Assembly (NCBI GenBank): GCA_046351415.1
Contig: JAXLYO010000010.1
Span: forward strand, 217,234 to 281,233
DNA: 64,000 nt
Source: Polyangiaceae bacterium
GTDB taxonomy: Bacteria; Myxococcota_A; Polyangia; Polyangiales; Polyangiaceae
Reading direction: 5' to 3'
Position numbers and translations under genes: made by a program. Positions 1-7,915 of the stretch are shown one piece after another. Below the pieces are notes generated by a model. It made no database searches. It was not told the origin of the DNA and saw only the letters and a program-made list of their open reading frames with translations. Position 1 is the stretch's first letter. Every line of letters begins with the position of its first letter.

Positions 1-599
1 CGCAGCAAACTGACGAGACCGAACCCGACCGCCTGAGCGACGGCGCCTTCGTGTTTGGCTTGCGTCCACAAGGAATACGAAGCGTCGGGACGGAAGGTCG
101 TTGCGTGGATGCGCTGGCTTCCGAGCTCGCCCGTCGTGGCGAGCGCTTCGAGAAGTTGGGCCCCCTTTGGCAACTCGGCGACCCAACGGGTCTCGTCCGT
201 GCCTTCCGCACTCGCGCGCAGCACCTCTGCGACGAGTTCCCGCGCGCTCTTCACGCGCGTCTGTCCATTGGGGAGATAGAGCGTGCAGGTCCCACCCGAG
301 CCCACGATGGCGAGCGTGAGATCTTGACGGGCTCCTTGGAGCCTCAGGAGCTGTGCGCCAGGCGTTTCGAGCGTGCGGAGAAGCGCCTCGGGGTCGACCC
401 GAACCGTGAGACTCTCGACGCCGAGTACGCGCGGGGCTTCGGTGAGCCAACGCTCCGGCGTCGTTCCCGAAAGTGGCGGAAGCGCGGCGCGTCTCAGTGG
501 CAAGCCCGAAGGAACGAGCACTGCTTGGAGTGCACTCGGAAGGCCTTCGTTCGGGTAGGCCCAATCCCGAACGGTTTCTCTCGCGGAAGGAGCGGTCAC
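1..599 (-). CDS. hypothetical protein, N-terminal ~199 aa only (gene runs off the left edge); start overlaps the PCAT stop
   Basis: Hand translation of the minus strand from GTG at 599 (VTAPSARETVRDWAYPNEGLPSALQ...LTLAIVGSGGTCTLYLPNGQTRVKSARELV...) stays open to position 1. The GTG overlaps the PCAT stop as GTGA (596-599). Composition is more protein-like than the Arg-rich plus-strand ORF 51..803. Confidence 0.45.
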   Translation of the reverse strand, partial: MTAPSARETVRDWAYPNEGLPSALQAVLVPSGLPLRRAALPPLSGTTPERWLTEAPRVLGVESLTVRVDPEALLRTLETPGAQLLRLQGARQDLTLAIVGSGGTCTLYLPNGQTRVKSARELVAEVLRASAEGTDETRWVAELPKGAQLLEALATTGELGSQRIHATTFRPDASYSLWTQAKHEGAVAQAVGFGLVSLL

Positions 600-3316
600 G
601 ATGCCTCCTCCCGAATCACGCCGTCTTGGATGCGGAGGCGACGCCATTCTTGCGAACGCCAAATGCTCGTCTTTGCGCGCTCCTCGGCATCGAGCAGGAG
701 CTTGAAGCGACTTTCAGGCTCTTGCCGCAGCGCGAGCGGGTGGCCATCTTCGACGATCTGGCCGTCCTCGACGACGAGAACTCGGTCGAAGTCGAGCGCG
801 TGACCGATGTCGTGGCTGACGAACAGCAGCGTGGCGTTCAGCCAGAGTTTGCGTGCCTCGTTCAGCATCTTTCGGCGCGTCACTTGATCGAGCCCACGGA
901 ACGGCTCGTCGAGAACGGCGAGCTTCGTCTCGCTCCGAAGAAGCGCTCGCGCGATGCGAACACGCTGCCCTTCACCACCCGAGAGGAAATTGCCGTCCCA
1001 TCCGATCTTCGTGCCTAGACCTTCGGCGAGATTGTCGACGACGGGGAACAGATTGGCCGCCACGAGCACGTCTTCGAGCGGACGCCGCGTGTCACTAGTC
1101 GTTGCATATTCCACGTTTTCGAGAAGGCTGCGGTTCCAGAGCTGGGTCGCCGGGTCGACCCACGCGGTCATGGCACGCAAGGACGGGTAGGTTTCTTCGT
1201 CGAGCGGCGTGTCGTTCGCCAGCACAGTACCAGCCGCAGGCTTCAAAAGACCGAGCAGGAGACCAAGCAAGGACGACTTCCCTGCTCCGGACGGGCCGAC
1301 GATCGCCACGTGCTGGCCGGACGGGATGTTGAGCGAGAACGTGTCGAGCAACGTGCGACCCGCCACGAGAACGCGCACGTTCTTGAAAAACAGCTTCACG
1401 CCGCGGTCGCGCTTGGGGATTTGCGCCTTCGGCAGGTCGGTGCGCGCATAGCGCGTGACCTCCAAAATGCGCGTCAATGCGAGCTCGGCGCCAGGATAGC
1501 TGCGGAATACATTGACCAGGCCTGCGACATTGCCCGGGATGCGCATCGCCCAGAAAGCGAGCAGCACGAATCCTCGTACGTCGGGGTGACGGGCCACGTG
1601 GGCGTAGAGGCACCCGCTCGTGATGAGCACGCCTACGAGCGTGTCGAGCGCGCCGAAGATTCCGCGTCGCTGCTGGTCAGCCTCACTCGTGCGCCTCCAG
1701 CCGGCAAGCTCACGGTCGTAGTCGCGACGGATCGGACCTTGGAATCCGTGGGTTCGGACGGGGCGAATGCCTCGCAGCGCGTCGAGGAACATGAGGAGCA
1801 TGCGAGCGGCATGCGCCTGGAAACGCGTACCCACTTCTCTGAGCGACGCGATGGAGAGATACGACACGCCTGTGAGAGCCAAGGCGCCCACGAAAACGAT
1901 AGGCAGGCAGAGAGGCTCGATGAGAGCGAGTGCCACGAGAGCCGCCGCGAGTTCGACGACCGTCCGCACGATGGAAAAGAGCAGATAGGGCAGCTGTCTG
2001 CCCGTCGTGAGAGCGTGGGCGCGCTGCGCGAGGTCCGTCGTCGGACGCGAACGAACGAACTGTTCGTCGACGCGGGGCATGGCTTGTACGACCGCGAGGC
2101 GAAGCTTCAGCTCCAGGTAGGCACCTACACGCCGGCCTCCCCACTCCGTCAATCGCTCGAGTCCTACGACGATGAGGAAGAAGGTCACGACGAGGAGCGA
2201 GACCTGCACGCGCACCGACGTCGAATCGAAAACGCGCCCCGCATCCACTGCCGCGCGAGACATGAAGGTCTCGATCATGACGACCGGGACGAAGATCACG
2301 TTCGCGACTGCCAGGGCCACGGCAAGCAGCCTGTGCTTCGTGTCGAGATAGCCCCAAATCGTGGAGAAGAGACTCATCTTCCCGAGGTCTTCCTCGGTCG
2401 CGGCGGCAGCGACCTGAGCGGCCACGCCCTTTTGCATCACGGCCTCGAGTGCCTCTTCGGCCGTGTCGACCTTGGAAACGCGGGGCTGATTTCGCTCTGG
2501 CGGCGCGAGTGCGATGACGCCCGTCACGCCCACCATGTCTTCTTCGAGTGGAACCGGCCCGATGCTCCGCATTTTCGGCAGGGCGACGTTGCGCGCCGAG
2601 AATTCGCGGAGGCAGCCTTGGTAAGCCGTCTCCATCATCGCGTCGCGTTGACCACCGGCGATGCCCTTCTTCATGGCGAAGCGCGTGAGCCGGAAGGCCG
2701 TATCGACCGCCGAGGCTTCGGCCACGCCGTTCACGTCGCGTACCCCTGCGATGAGCTCGCGAGCACGGCCACTCACGGTGCGAAGCCCCACTTCCTCGAG
2801 CGTCTCGGAGAACGTGCTCCCAGGCCACCAATCGAGAAACGCGTCGGTCGGCATGCGATGGGTGTGTTGGTAGAGCCCGGCGAGGAAGGTCTCGGCGAGG
2901 ACCCACTCGCGGCCGCCCGAAGGGTTCATGACTTGGAGCAGCTCCCCCATCCTTCGCCACACCACGACGAAGTGCGGGATGCCCGCATCGTGACGGACGA
3001 TCGCGATGAAGGGGTACCGGCCTTCCATCGCCTCGAGATAGAGGTCCTGCGGAAGGATGTGCTGAATGACATCGATGCCCAGCGCGAGTGAAACGTCTTC
3101 GAGCGAGTCGATGGAGGTACCGTCGACGCCCGTCTGACATGCGTCACGCAAACGCTCGTAGCTGAGCGCGCATCCGTACGCTTGCGCGAACGACGCGAGC
3201 GCCGCGACGCCGCAGTCCATCGAGGAAATTTGCAATACCTCGGGTGCAAGGAACGTGTAGCCCTTGCTCTTCGTGTTCTTCTTCTTCGCGGAGCCGCGAT
3301 TCGGATCGTCCGACAT
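596..3316 (-). CDS. peptidase-containing ABC transporter (PCAT): C39 Cys-peptidase + transmembrane exporter + ABC ATPase, 906 aa
   Basis: N-terminus SSMDCGVAALASFAQ ... GIPHFVVVWR fits the C39 catalytic Cys/His pattern. C-terminus has Walker A GPSGAGKSS, signature LSGGEGQR and Walker B LAVLDEP. A hydrophobic TM block lies between, and ~190 extra residues separate peptidase and TM domain. Confidence 0.9.
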   Translation of the reverse strand: MSDDPNRGSAKKKNTKSKGYTFLAPEVLQISSMDCGVAALASFAQAYGCALSYERLRDACQTGVDGTSIDSLEDVSLALGIDVIQHILPQDLYLEAMEGRYPFIAIVRHDAGIPHFVVVWRRMGELLQVMNPSGGREWVLAETFLAGLYQHTHRMPTDAFLDWWPGSTFSETLEEVGLRTVSGRARELIAGVRDVNGVAEASAVDTAFRLTRFAMKKGIAGGQRDAMMETAYQGCLREFSARNVALPKMRSIGPVPLEEDMVGVTGVIALAPPERNQPRVSKVDTAEEALEAVMQKGVAAQVAAAATEEDLGKMSLFSTIWGYLDTKHRLLAVALAVANVIFVPVVMIETFMSRAAVDAGRVFDSTSVRVQVSLLVVTFFLIVVGLERLTEWGGRRVGAYLELKLRLAVVQAMPRVDEQFVRSRPTTDLAQRAHALTTGRQLPYLLFSIVRTVVELAAALVALALIEPLCLPIVFVGALALTGVSYLSIASLREVGTRFQAHAARMLLMFLDALRGIRPVRTHGFQGPIRRDYDRELAGWRRTSEADQQRRGIFGALDTLVGVLITSGCLYAHVARHPDVRGFVLLAFWAMRIPGNVAGLVNVFRSYPGAELALTRILEVTRYARTDLPKAQIPKRDRGVKLFFKNVRVLVAGRTLLDTFSLNIPSGQHVAIVGPSGAGKSSLLGLLLGLLKPAAGTVLANDTPLDEETYPSLRAMTAWVDPATQLWNRSLLENVEYATTSDTRRPLEDVLVAANLFPVVDNLAEGLGTKIGWDGNFLSGGEGQRVRIARALLRSETKLAVLDEPFRGLDQVTRRKMLNEARKLWLNATLLFVSHDIGHALDFDRVLVVEDGQIVEDGHPLALRQEPESRFKLLLDAEERAKTSIWRSQEWRRLRIQDGVIREEAS

Positions 3317-3319
3317 CGT

Positions 3320-4522
3320 TCAGCGAGCTGGGACGAGCCCCGAAGGAGGCGCGGTGCTCGAGCCTCCTGCGGGCGTAGCCGTTCGGGGTGTATTTTGGCC
3401 TGCCATACGCAGCAGAAGGCCGAGGGGACTCACGCGCTCGACATCGACCTCTGCTTGCGTCGTGAGCCCATGGACGAGAGGAATCTCTGGATTCTCTTTG
3501 CTGATGTGCATTTCGGCGCGGACCAGACCGTCTCGGGTTTCGTTGGCCACTTGATCGACGACCGCGTCGACGGTGCCATACTGGGCCCAGGAATAGTTGT
3601 CGACGCGAAGAACGACATGCTGCCCAGGCTTCACGCGGCCGATGGCTTCTTCGGGCGCGAAGTTCGCGACGACTCGCAGCTTCGTCGGCGGAACGATGGT
3701 CGCGATGCGAGTGCCGGCTGGAAGGCGTTGCCCCGTCGAAATGGGGGAAATCTCCGCGAGACGACCGCTGATCGCGGCGCGAATCTGATAGCGCGCGATC
3801 TCCGCCTCGAGCACCTTTAGGTCGCTTTTCGCATTCTCGAGCTGGCTCAGGCGCTCGGCTTTGATGTCGCCCATGGCGGCGATGCGTGTTTCGCGCTCGA
3901 GCAAGGACATGCGTGCGTTCGACGTTGCGGCGTTGCCCTCCCGAAGGACCGCGATCTCCTGTTTGAGGGCGCGATCGCGTTCGGCTTCGGCGCTGAGCCG
4001 GCTCTGCCCGTCGGCGAGGCCGCCTTCAGCGAGCTTCTTCGCCATCTCGGCTTCGCGACGCTTGTATTCTGCAACAGTTTTTGCGACGTCTGCATTGGCG
4101 GCGCTGACGCTCGCCGAGACGCCGACTTGCCCCTTCTGCGCGTCTCGGGCTTTCAGCTCGGCGTCGAGTTCGCCTTGCAAACCGATCATGCGCCCTTCGA
4201 GTCCCGCAATCAGCGTGAGCTGCCGATTTCGCTGGGTCTCCATGCGCGTCGTGTCGAGTTTCACGAGCAAGTCGCCCGCTTTGACCTCACGCCCGAGGCG
4301 CAGGTCCGACCATTCGACGAGGCCGTCGACGTCGGGCTGGATGGCGAGAGGCGGATCTTCCGCCTCGAAACGCGCATTCCGTGCGACGGTCTGCACGGTT
4401 ACGCGACCCGTCGCGAGCCAAATGCCCCACGCTCCAAGCAGCACACCCACCAAACCGAGCGCGATGGCGTTTCCTCGGGCCCTCTCGGAGGACAGCAAAT
4501 AGAGCGTGCGAGCGAAGAGCAT
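3320..4522 (-). CDS. HlyD-family membrane fusion / secretion adaptor protein
   Basis: Single N-terminal TM (IALGLVGVLLGAWGIWLA), lipoyl-like motif (VKAGDLLVKLD), long coiled-coil region, and C-terminal beta domain (VKPGQHVVLRVD). Only 3 nt lie between its stop and the PCAT start. Confidence 0.88.
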   Translation of the reverse strand: MLFARTLYLLSSERARGNAIALGLVGVLLGAWGIWLATGRVTVQTVARNARFEAEDPPLAIQPDVDGLVEWSDLRLGREVKAGDLLVKLDTTRMETQRNRQLTLIAGLEGRMIGLQGELDAELKARDAQKGQVGVSASVSAANADVAKTVAEYKRREAEMAKKLAEGGLADGQSRLSAEAERDRALKQEIAVLREGNAATSNARMSLLERETRIAAMGDIKAERLSQLENAKSDLKVLEAEIARYQIRAAISGRLAEISPISTGQRLPAGTRIATIVPPTKLRVVANFAPEEAIGRVKPGQHVVLRVDNYSWAQYGTVDAVVDQVANETRDGLVRAEMHISKENPEIPLVHGLTTQAEVDVERVSPLGLLLRMAGQNTPRTATPAGGSSTAPPSGLVPAR

Positions 4523-4861
4523 GAAGCAGCGCCCGTAATCCTATCAATCGTGGCGTTGGGGTACCAGCAAACATCCGGGAAAGGCGCCTTCCGCCGCCCG
4601 AGCCCATCGCGGCCCTACCTTCTTGTGGCGCCCCAAATCGGACGCAGAGGGGGCGGAGCTCTAGGTGTGTTGTCCCTTCCCATACGCTCGTGGACCCATC
4701 CGCCACAGCTTGTCTTCGTACCAGATACGACATAGTGCCAAAATTCGGGGCTGGAGCCCCCAGAGACGCCGCTTTTGGACAATCAGGCGATGGAACGAGT
4801 GGTGCAATAGTCCACTGCGCAAGCGGACGGACGCGGCGACCACACCACCCCCGCCTCACGT

Positions 4862-4884
4862 TCTCTCTCTCTCTGTCTGTCTCC
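4862..4884. repeat. short CT-rich simple-sequence tract (tctctctctctctgtctgtctcc) inside a G-depleted intergenic region
   Basis: Read directly from the sequence; followed by gcacacac. Confidence 0.8.
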
Positions 4885-5169
4885 GCACACACGGAAACCA
4901 GCGACCCACACGACCCACGCGCCCTTTTCCATCATCCACATCACCGCCCGGATCCCGACGGCTCGCCGCCCACATTCGTCCCACGACCGCCGCACGAACA
5001 ACCACGATCGCGCGTCAGGTCACCGCGAGTACAGGACCGAGGCAGGTGCTTCCCCACACGACACCACCCGAACAAGCCTCGAGAGCGCGCGCGCCCTCGG
5101 GGCTTTTCGCTTTGCGCGGGGGTCAGCGCTGGCTTGATTGCCTCCTGGTGCGTCGATACGCTGGAGTGC

Positions 5170-6528
5170 ATGAAGAAGGGCATGAAATACTTCCAAGAGC
5201 TCGGGGACAAGATCGACGACGCTTGGAAGAAGAGTCTGAACGACGAGCGCGCATTCCCCGCGATCGCTGAAGCTGCCCTCCTCGAGAACCCGCCGCATCT
5301 CTTCGTCGATCCGCACGACGTCATCGAGTGGGGGCTCACCGCACGGAGCATGGGCATGCAGCACGGCGGTGGCGTTGATTTCGGTGAGCCGCCGGTCATC
5401 GTGTACCGCGCACGCCGGTTCTACATCGAGGTCCTCTTCTGGTTCGACGGAACGACTTCGATTCATCAGCATGCTTTCGATGGTGCTTTCTGCGTGCTTG
5501 GAGGGTCGAGCGTTCACTCGCGCTACGACTTCCGCGAAACCGATCGCACGTCGACGCGCCTCGTGTTTGGAGACGTCGAGTTCAGGTATGCCGAGCTCCT
5601 GAAGCAGGGCTCCGTCCACCAAATCCTCTCCGCGGACAAGTTCATCCACGCGCTTTTCCACCTCGACCACCCGTCGGTGAGCATCGTGGTGCGCACGGAC
5701 CATACGCAGGGCAGCGTGCAATACTCCTACTCGCCGCCCTACATGGGTGTCGACCCCTTCGACAGTACCGTCGTGAATCGCCGGGCGGTGCAATTCCTAC
5801 GAGCGCTGAGACTGCTCAAGAGCGAGCGAGCGACCGAGCTCACTAGACGCGGGTTCGAGTGCCTCGACGACCTCGGTGTCATGAATGCAATGCTTGTCCT
5901 CTCCCAGTGGAAGGACGATGTCGTGGCGGGCGCGGGGGAGGAAACCGAATCGAAAGAACCGCCCAAAGACGCGAAGGGCATCGCAGCGGCGGAAAAAGCC
6001 GAGAAGGACAAGGCCACCGTTCTCGCGATGTACGATGCCGCAGAGGCCGTCACGAAGGCGCGCTTCGGTGCGCTGTGGCCAGCGCTGGAGGCATCGTTCG
6101 CCGAAACGCTCCGCACGACGCAGCTCGTCCTCGCTCGTTCCCGAGTCCACGATCCGGAGCTTCGCTTCTTCCTGGCCCTGCTCATGAACGTTCCCGACCG
6201 CCCTCGCCTTCTCGAACTCGTCGAAGAACGCTTCCCTGGAAGCGATCCCGTCGACACAGTGCTGCGATGGCTTTCCGCACTGAGCGACGGTACGACGCTC
6301 GAGTATGAACTCGGTGATGACACGCTCAAGCTGCTCGGCTTCTTGATCCGTGGCGCGACGCCCCGTGAAGCCGGTCAACAACTCGCCAAGGTGCACCAGC
6401 GCGACTTTTCTTCCGAGGAAATCGAGGCGATCGAGGAGACGATCTCCGAGCTCAAAAAGGTCCCGATCTTTCGCGCGCTCCTCGTCACGGAGAAACCCCT
6501 GCGCATCCATGCGCTCCTCAATCGATAG
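5170..6528 (+). CDS. hypothetical protein with N-terminal cupin-like (double-stranded beta-helix) region and helical C-terminal half, 452 aa
   Basis: HQHAFDGAFCVLGGSSVH followed by GSVHQILSADKFIHALFH resembles the two His-containing cupin motifs. GGAG sits just upstream of the ATG at 5170. The in-frame upstream extension from 4690 is His/Pro/Arg-rich, with poor codon usage. Confidence 0.7.
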   Translation: MKKGMKYFQELGDKIDDAWKKSLNDERAFPAIAEAALLENPPHLFVDPHDVIEWGLTARSMGMQHGGGVDFGEPPVIVYRARRFYIEVLFWFDGTTSIHQHAFDGAFCVLGGSSVHSRYDFRETDRTSTRLVFGDVEFRYAELLKQGSVHQILSADKFIHALFHLDHPSVSIVVRTDHTQGSVQYSYSPPYMGVDPFDSTVVNRRAVQFLRALRLLKSERATELTRRGFECLDDLGVMNAMLVLSQWKDDVVAGAGEETESKEPPKDAKGIAAAEKAEKDKATVLAMYDAAEAVTKARFGALWPALEASFAETLRTTQLVLARSRVHDPELRFFLALLMNVPDRPRLLELVEERFPGSDPVDTVLRWLSALSDGTTLEYELGDDTLKLLGFLIRGATPREAGQQLAKVHQRDFSSEEIEAIEETISELKKVPIFRALLVTEKPLRIHALLNR

Positions 6529-6569
6529 CCGGAAAAAGGAAGGGGCGCCCTCGTCGTTACGGGCGCCCC
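6529..6569 (-). terminator. intrinsic terminator for the minus-strand lipoprotein cluster (also separates the convergent cupin-like gene)
   Basis: Perfect 9-bp stem ggggcgccc (6542-6550) / gggcgcccc (6561-6569) with a 10-nt loop. On the minus strand it is followed by ttcctttttccgg. Confidence 0.6.
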
Positions 6570-6605
6570 CACCAGGTGCAAGGTACACGCGATTCCCGCG
6601 CGACG

Positions 6606-7742
6606 TCAGTCGTTTGGGAAGATGATGTTGTGGATGTGCAAGAAGTTGCGTTGCCCGTTGATCTCCGGCGCCGCAGTGGGGGAACCGACGACAACGAAGG
6701 TGTAGTTCTTCTTGTCCACGATGCTCGAAAGCGGGGTGTCCGTCGCGTCGACCGCCATCTGGAGCGAATCCTCGTCGTCGACTTGCTGCAGGTGGGTGTA
6801 GAGCGCCTGCAGGTCGGAGATCTTCTGGACCTCCTTGGCCGGGTTGGGCAACGCCGGACCCGACTTGGCGTACGGAACGCCCGTATCGAGATCGTCGACG
6901 ACGAGAACGTCCTTGTTCGGATCGTTGAGGTCGTAGGTCAGGTATAGGTTGAGATGGTCCTCACCAAACGTGAGCATACGGTCCGCGCCGTGAATGAGTT
7001 GGACGCGGTTCTTGCCCGCGGCCGCCGTCGACGTGTTGTCGAGCTGGCGTGCGTACATGTTCATCGTGCTCTTCGGGTTCGCGCCGTCGAACTGGTAGCA
7101 GCGAACTTGGTCCGCCGGTGCCGTCGTCTTCGCGCAACCCGTGATGACCAGCGCGTAGCTCTTGCCGTCGACGAACGTACCCGCAGGGAAGTCCGCCACG
7201 TATTCGAAGTCGAGACCTTGGATGAGTTGGTCGTTCGCCGGCGTGCCAGCGTCCCCGCCGTCCACCGTCGAGTCGAAGAACGACTTCTTCACGAGGTCCT
7301 TGCAACCCAAGTTCCCGTAGCCGAGGAGATCGAGCGACTCCACGAAGTACGCGATGAAGCGAAGGCGCTTGCCCTGGTAGCTCGGAAGAAGCGACGGCAA
7401 GCGGAAACCGCGACCTACTGCGAGGCCAGGAAGCGTCGCCTTGTTGAACGTCTTCGTCGGGTATGCCGGCGTGTCGAGAACGTCCGCTGGACCAGGCTGC
7501 GTCGCGCCCGAATTCGCCAGCGCGCAGAAGCGGAAGCCGTCCAGGAGAACGATGTGGTCGTTCGCGATGTTGAGGTGCGCCGCGGTGTCCGGCACGGACG
7601 AATCAGCGGTAGCGTCCGATGCGTCCGGTTGTGGCGAGGACGTGTCAGGCGTCGTATTGGCGTCGACCACCGGAGGAACGAAGTTGTCTACGGCGGCGTC
7701 CGTGCCCCCGACAGCATCGTCGCCATCACATGCGGCGAGCGC
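6606..7742. repeat. 1137-bp direct repeat, copy 1 (>99% identical to 13589..14725)
   Basis: Base-by-base reading plus identical translations in several frames. About 9 substitutions found; constant offset of 6983 nt. Confidence 0.9.
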
Positions 7743-7796
7743 GCCGACGAGAAATACCGATGTGACCGCGACAGCTCTCCCAAGTAATTTGTGCAT
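6606..7796 (-). CDS. uncharacterised lipoprotein, copy A1 (396 aa)
   Basis: Signal peptide plus lipobox (VFLVGALAAC), low-complexity D/T/S/P linker, then a globular part. Near-identical paralog at 13589..14779. Confidence 0.85.
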   Translation of the reverse strand: MHKLLGRAVAVTSVFLVGALAACDGDDAVGGTDAAVDNFVPPVVDANTTPDTSSPQPDASDATADSSVPDTAAHLNIANDHIVLLDGFRFCALANSGATQPGPADVLDTPAYPTKTFNKATLPGLAVGRGFRLPSLLPSYQGKRLRFIAYFVESLDLLGYGNLGCKDLVKKSFFDSTVDGGDAGTPANDQLIQGLDFEYVADFPAGTFVDGKSYALVITGCAKTTAPADQVRCYQFDGANPKSTMNMYARQLDNTSTAAAGKNRVQLIHGADRMLTFGEDHLNLYLTYDLNDPNKDVLVVDDLDTGVPYAKSGPALPNPAKEVQKISDLQALYTHLQQVDDEDSLQMAVDATDTPLSSIVDKKNYTFVVVGSPTAAPEINGQRNFLHIHNIIFPND

Positions 7797-7915
7797 CTTG
7801 ACCTCGTTTCGGCAGTGTCAGGCCGTGAATAGCGCCATTTCGAAAAGTAACTTCGCGTCGAAGGATGGTCGCACTTGCACCTCGATGTGGGAGCAAGAAG
7901 GAGCGCGAGCCTTGC

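Noticed and set aside
51-803. 250-aa plus-strand ORF at the left edge
   Set aside because: It is Arg-rich and overlaps the PCAT 3' end by ~200 nt. It is the codon-aligned antisense of a better-looking minus-strand frame that starts with a GTGA overlap at the PCAT stop.
1310-3091. 593-aa plus-strand ORF (also 1710..3140 on the minus strand)
   Set aside because: These are shadow ORFs inside the PCAT gene: Arg/His/Glu-rich, with no motifs. This is typical of high-GC antisense or off-frame reading.
4690-5169. N-terminal 160-aa extension of the cupin-like ORF
   Set aside because: It is His/Pro/Arg-rich, lacks the G/C third-position bias, and runs through the CT/CA simple-sequence tract. An ATG with an upstream GGAG exists at 5170.
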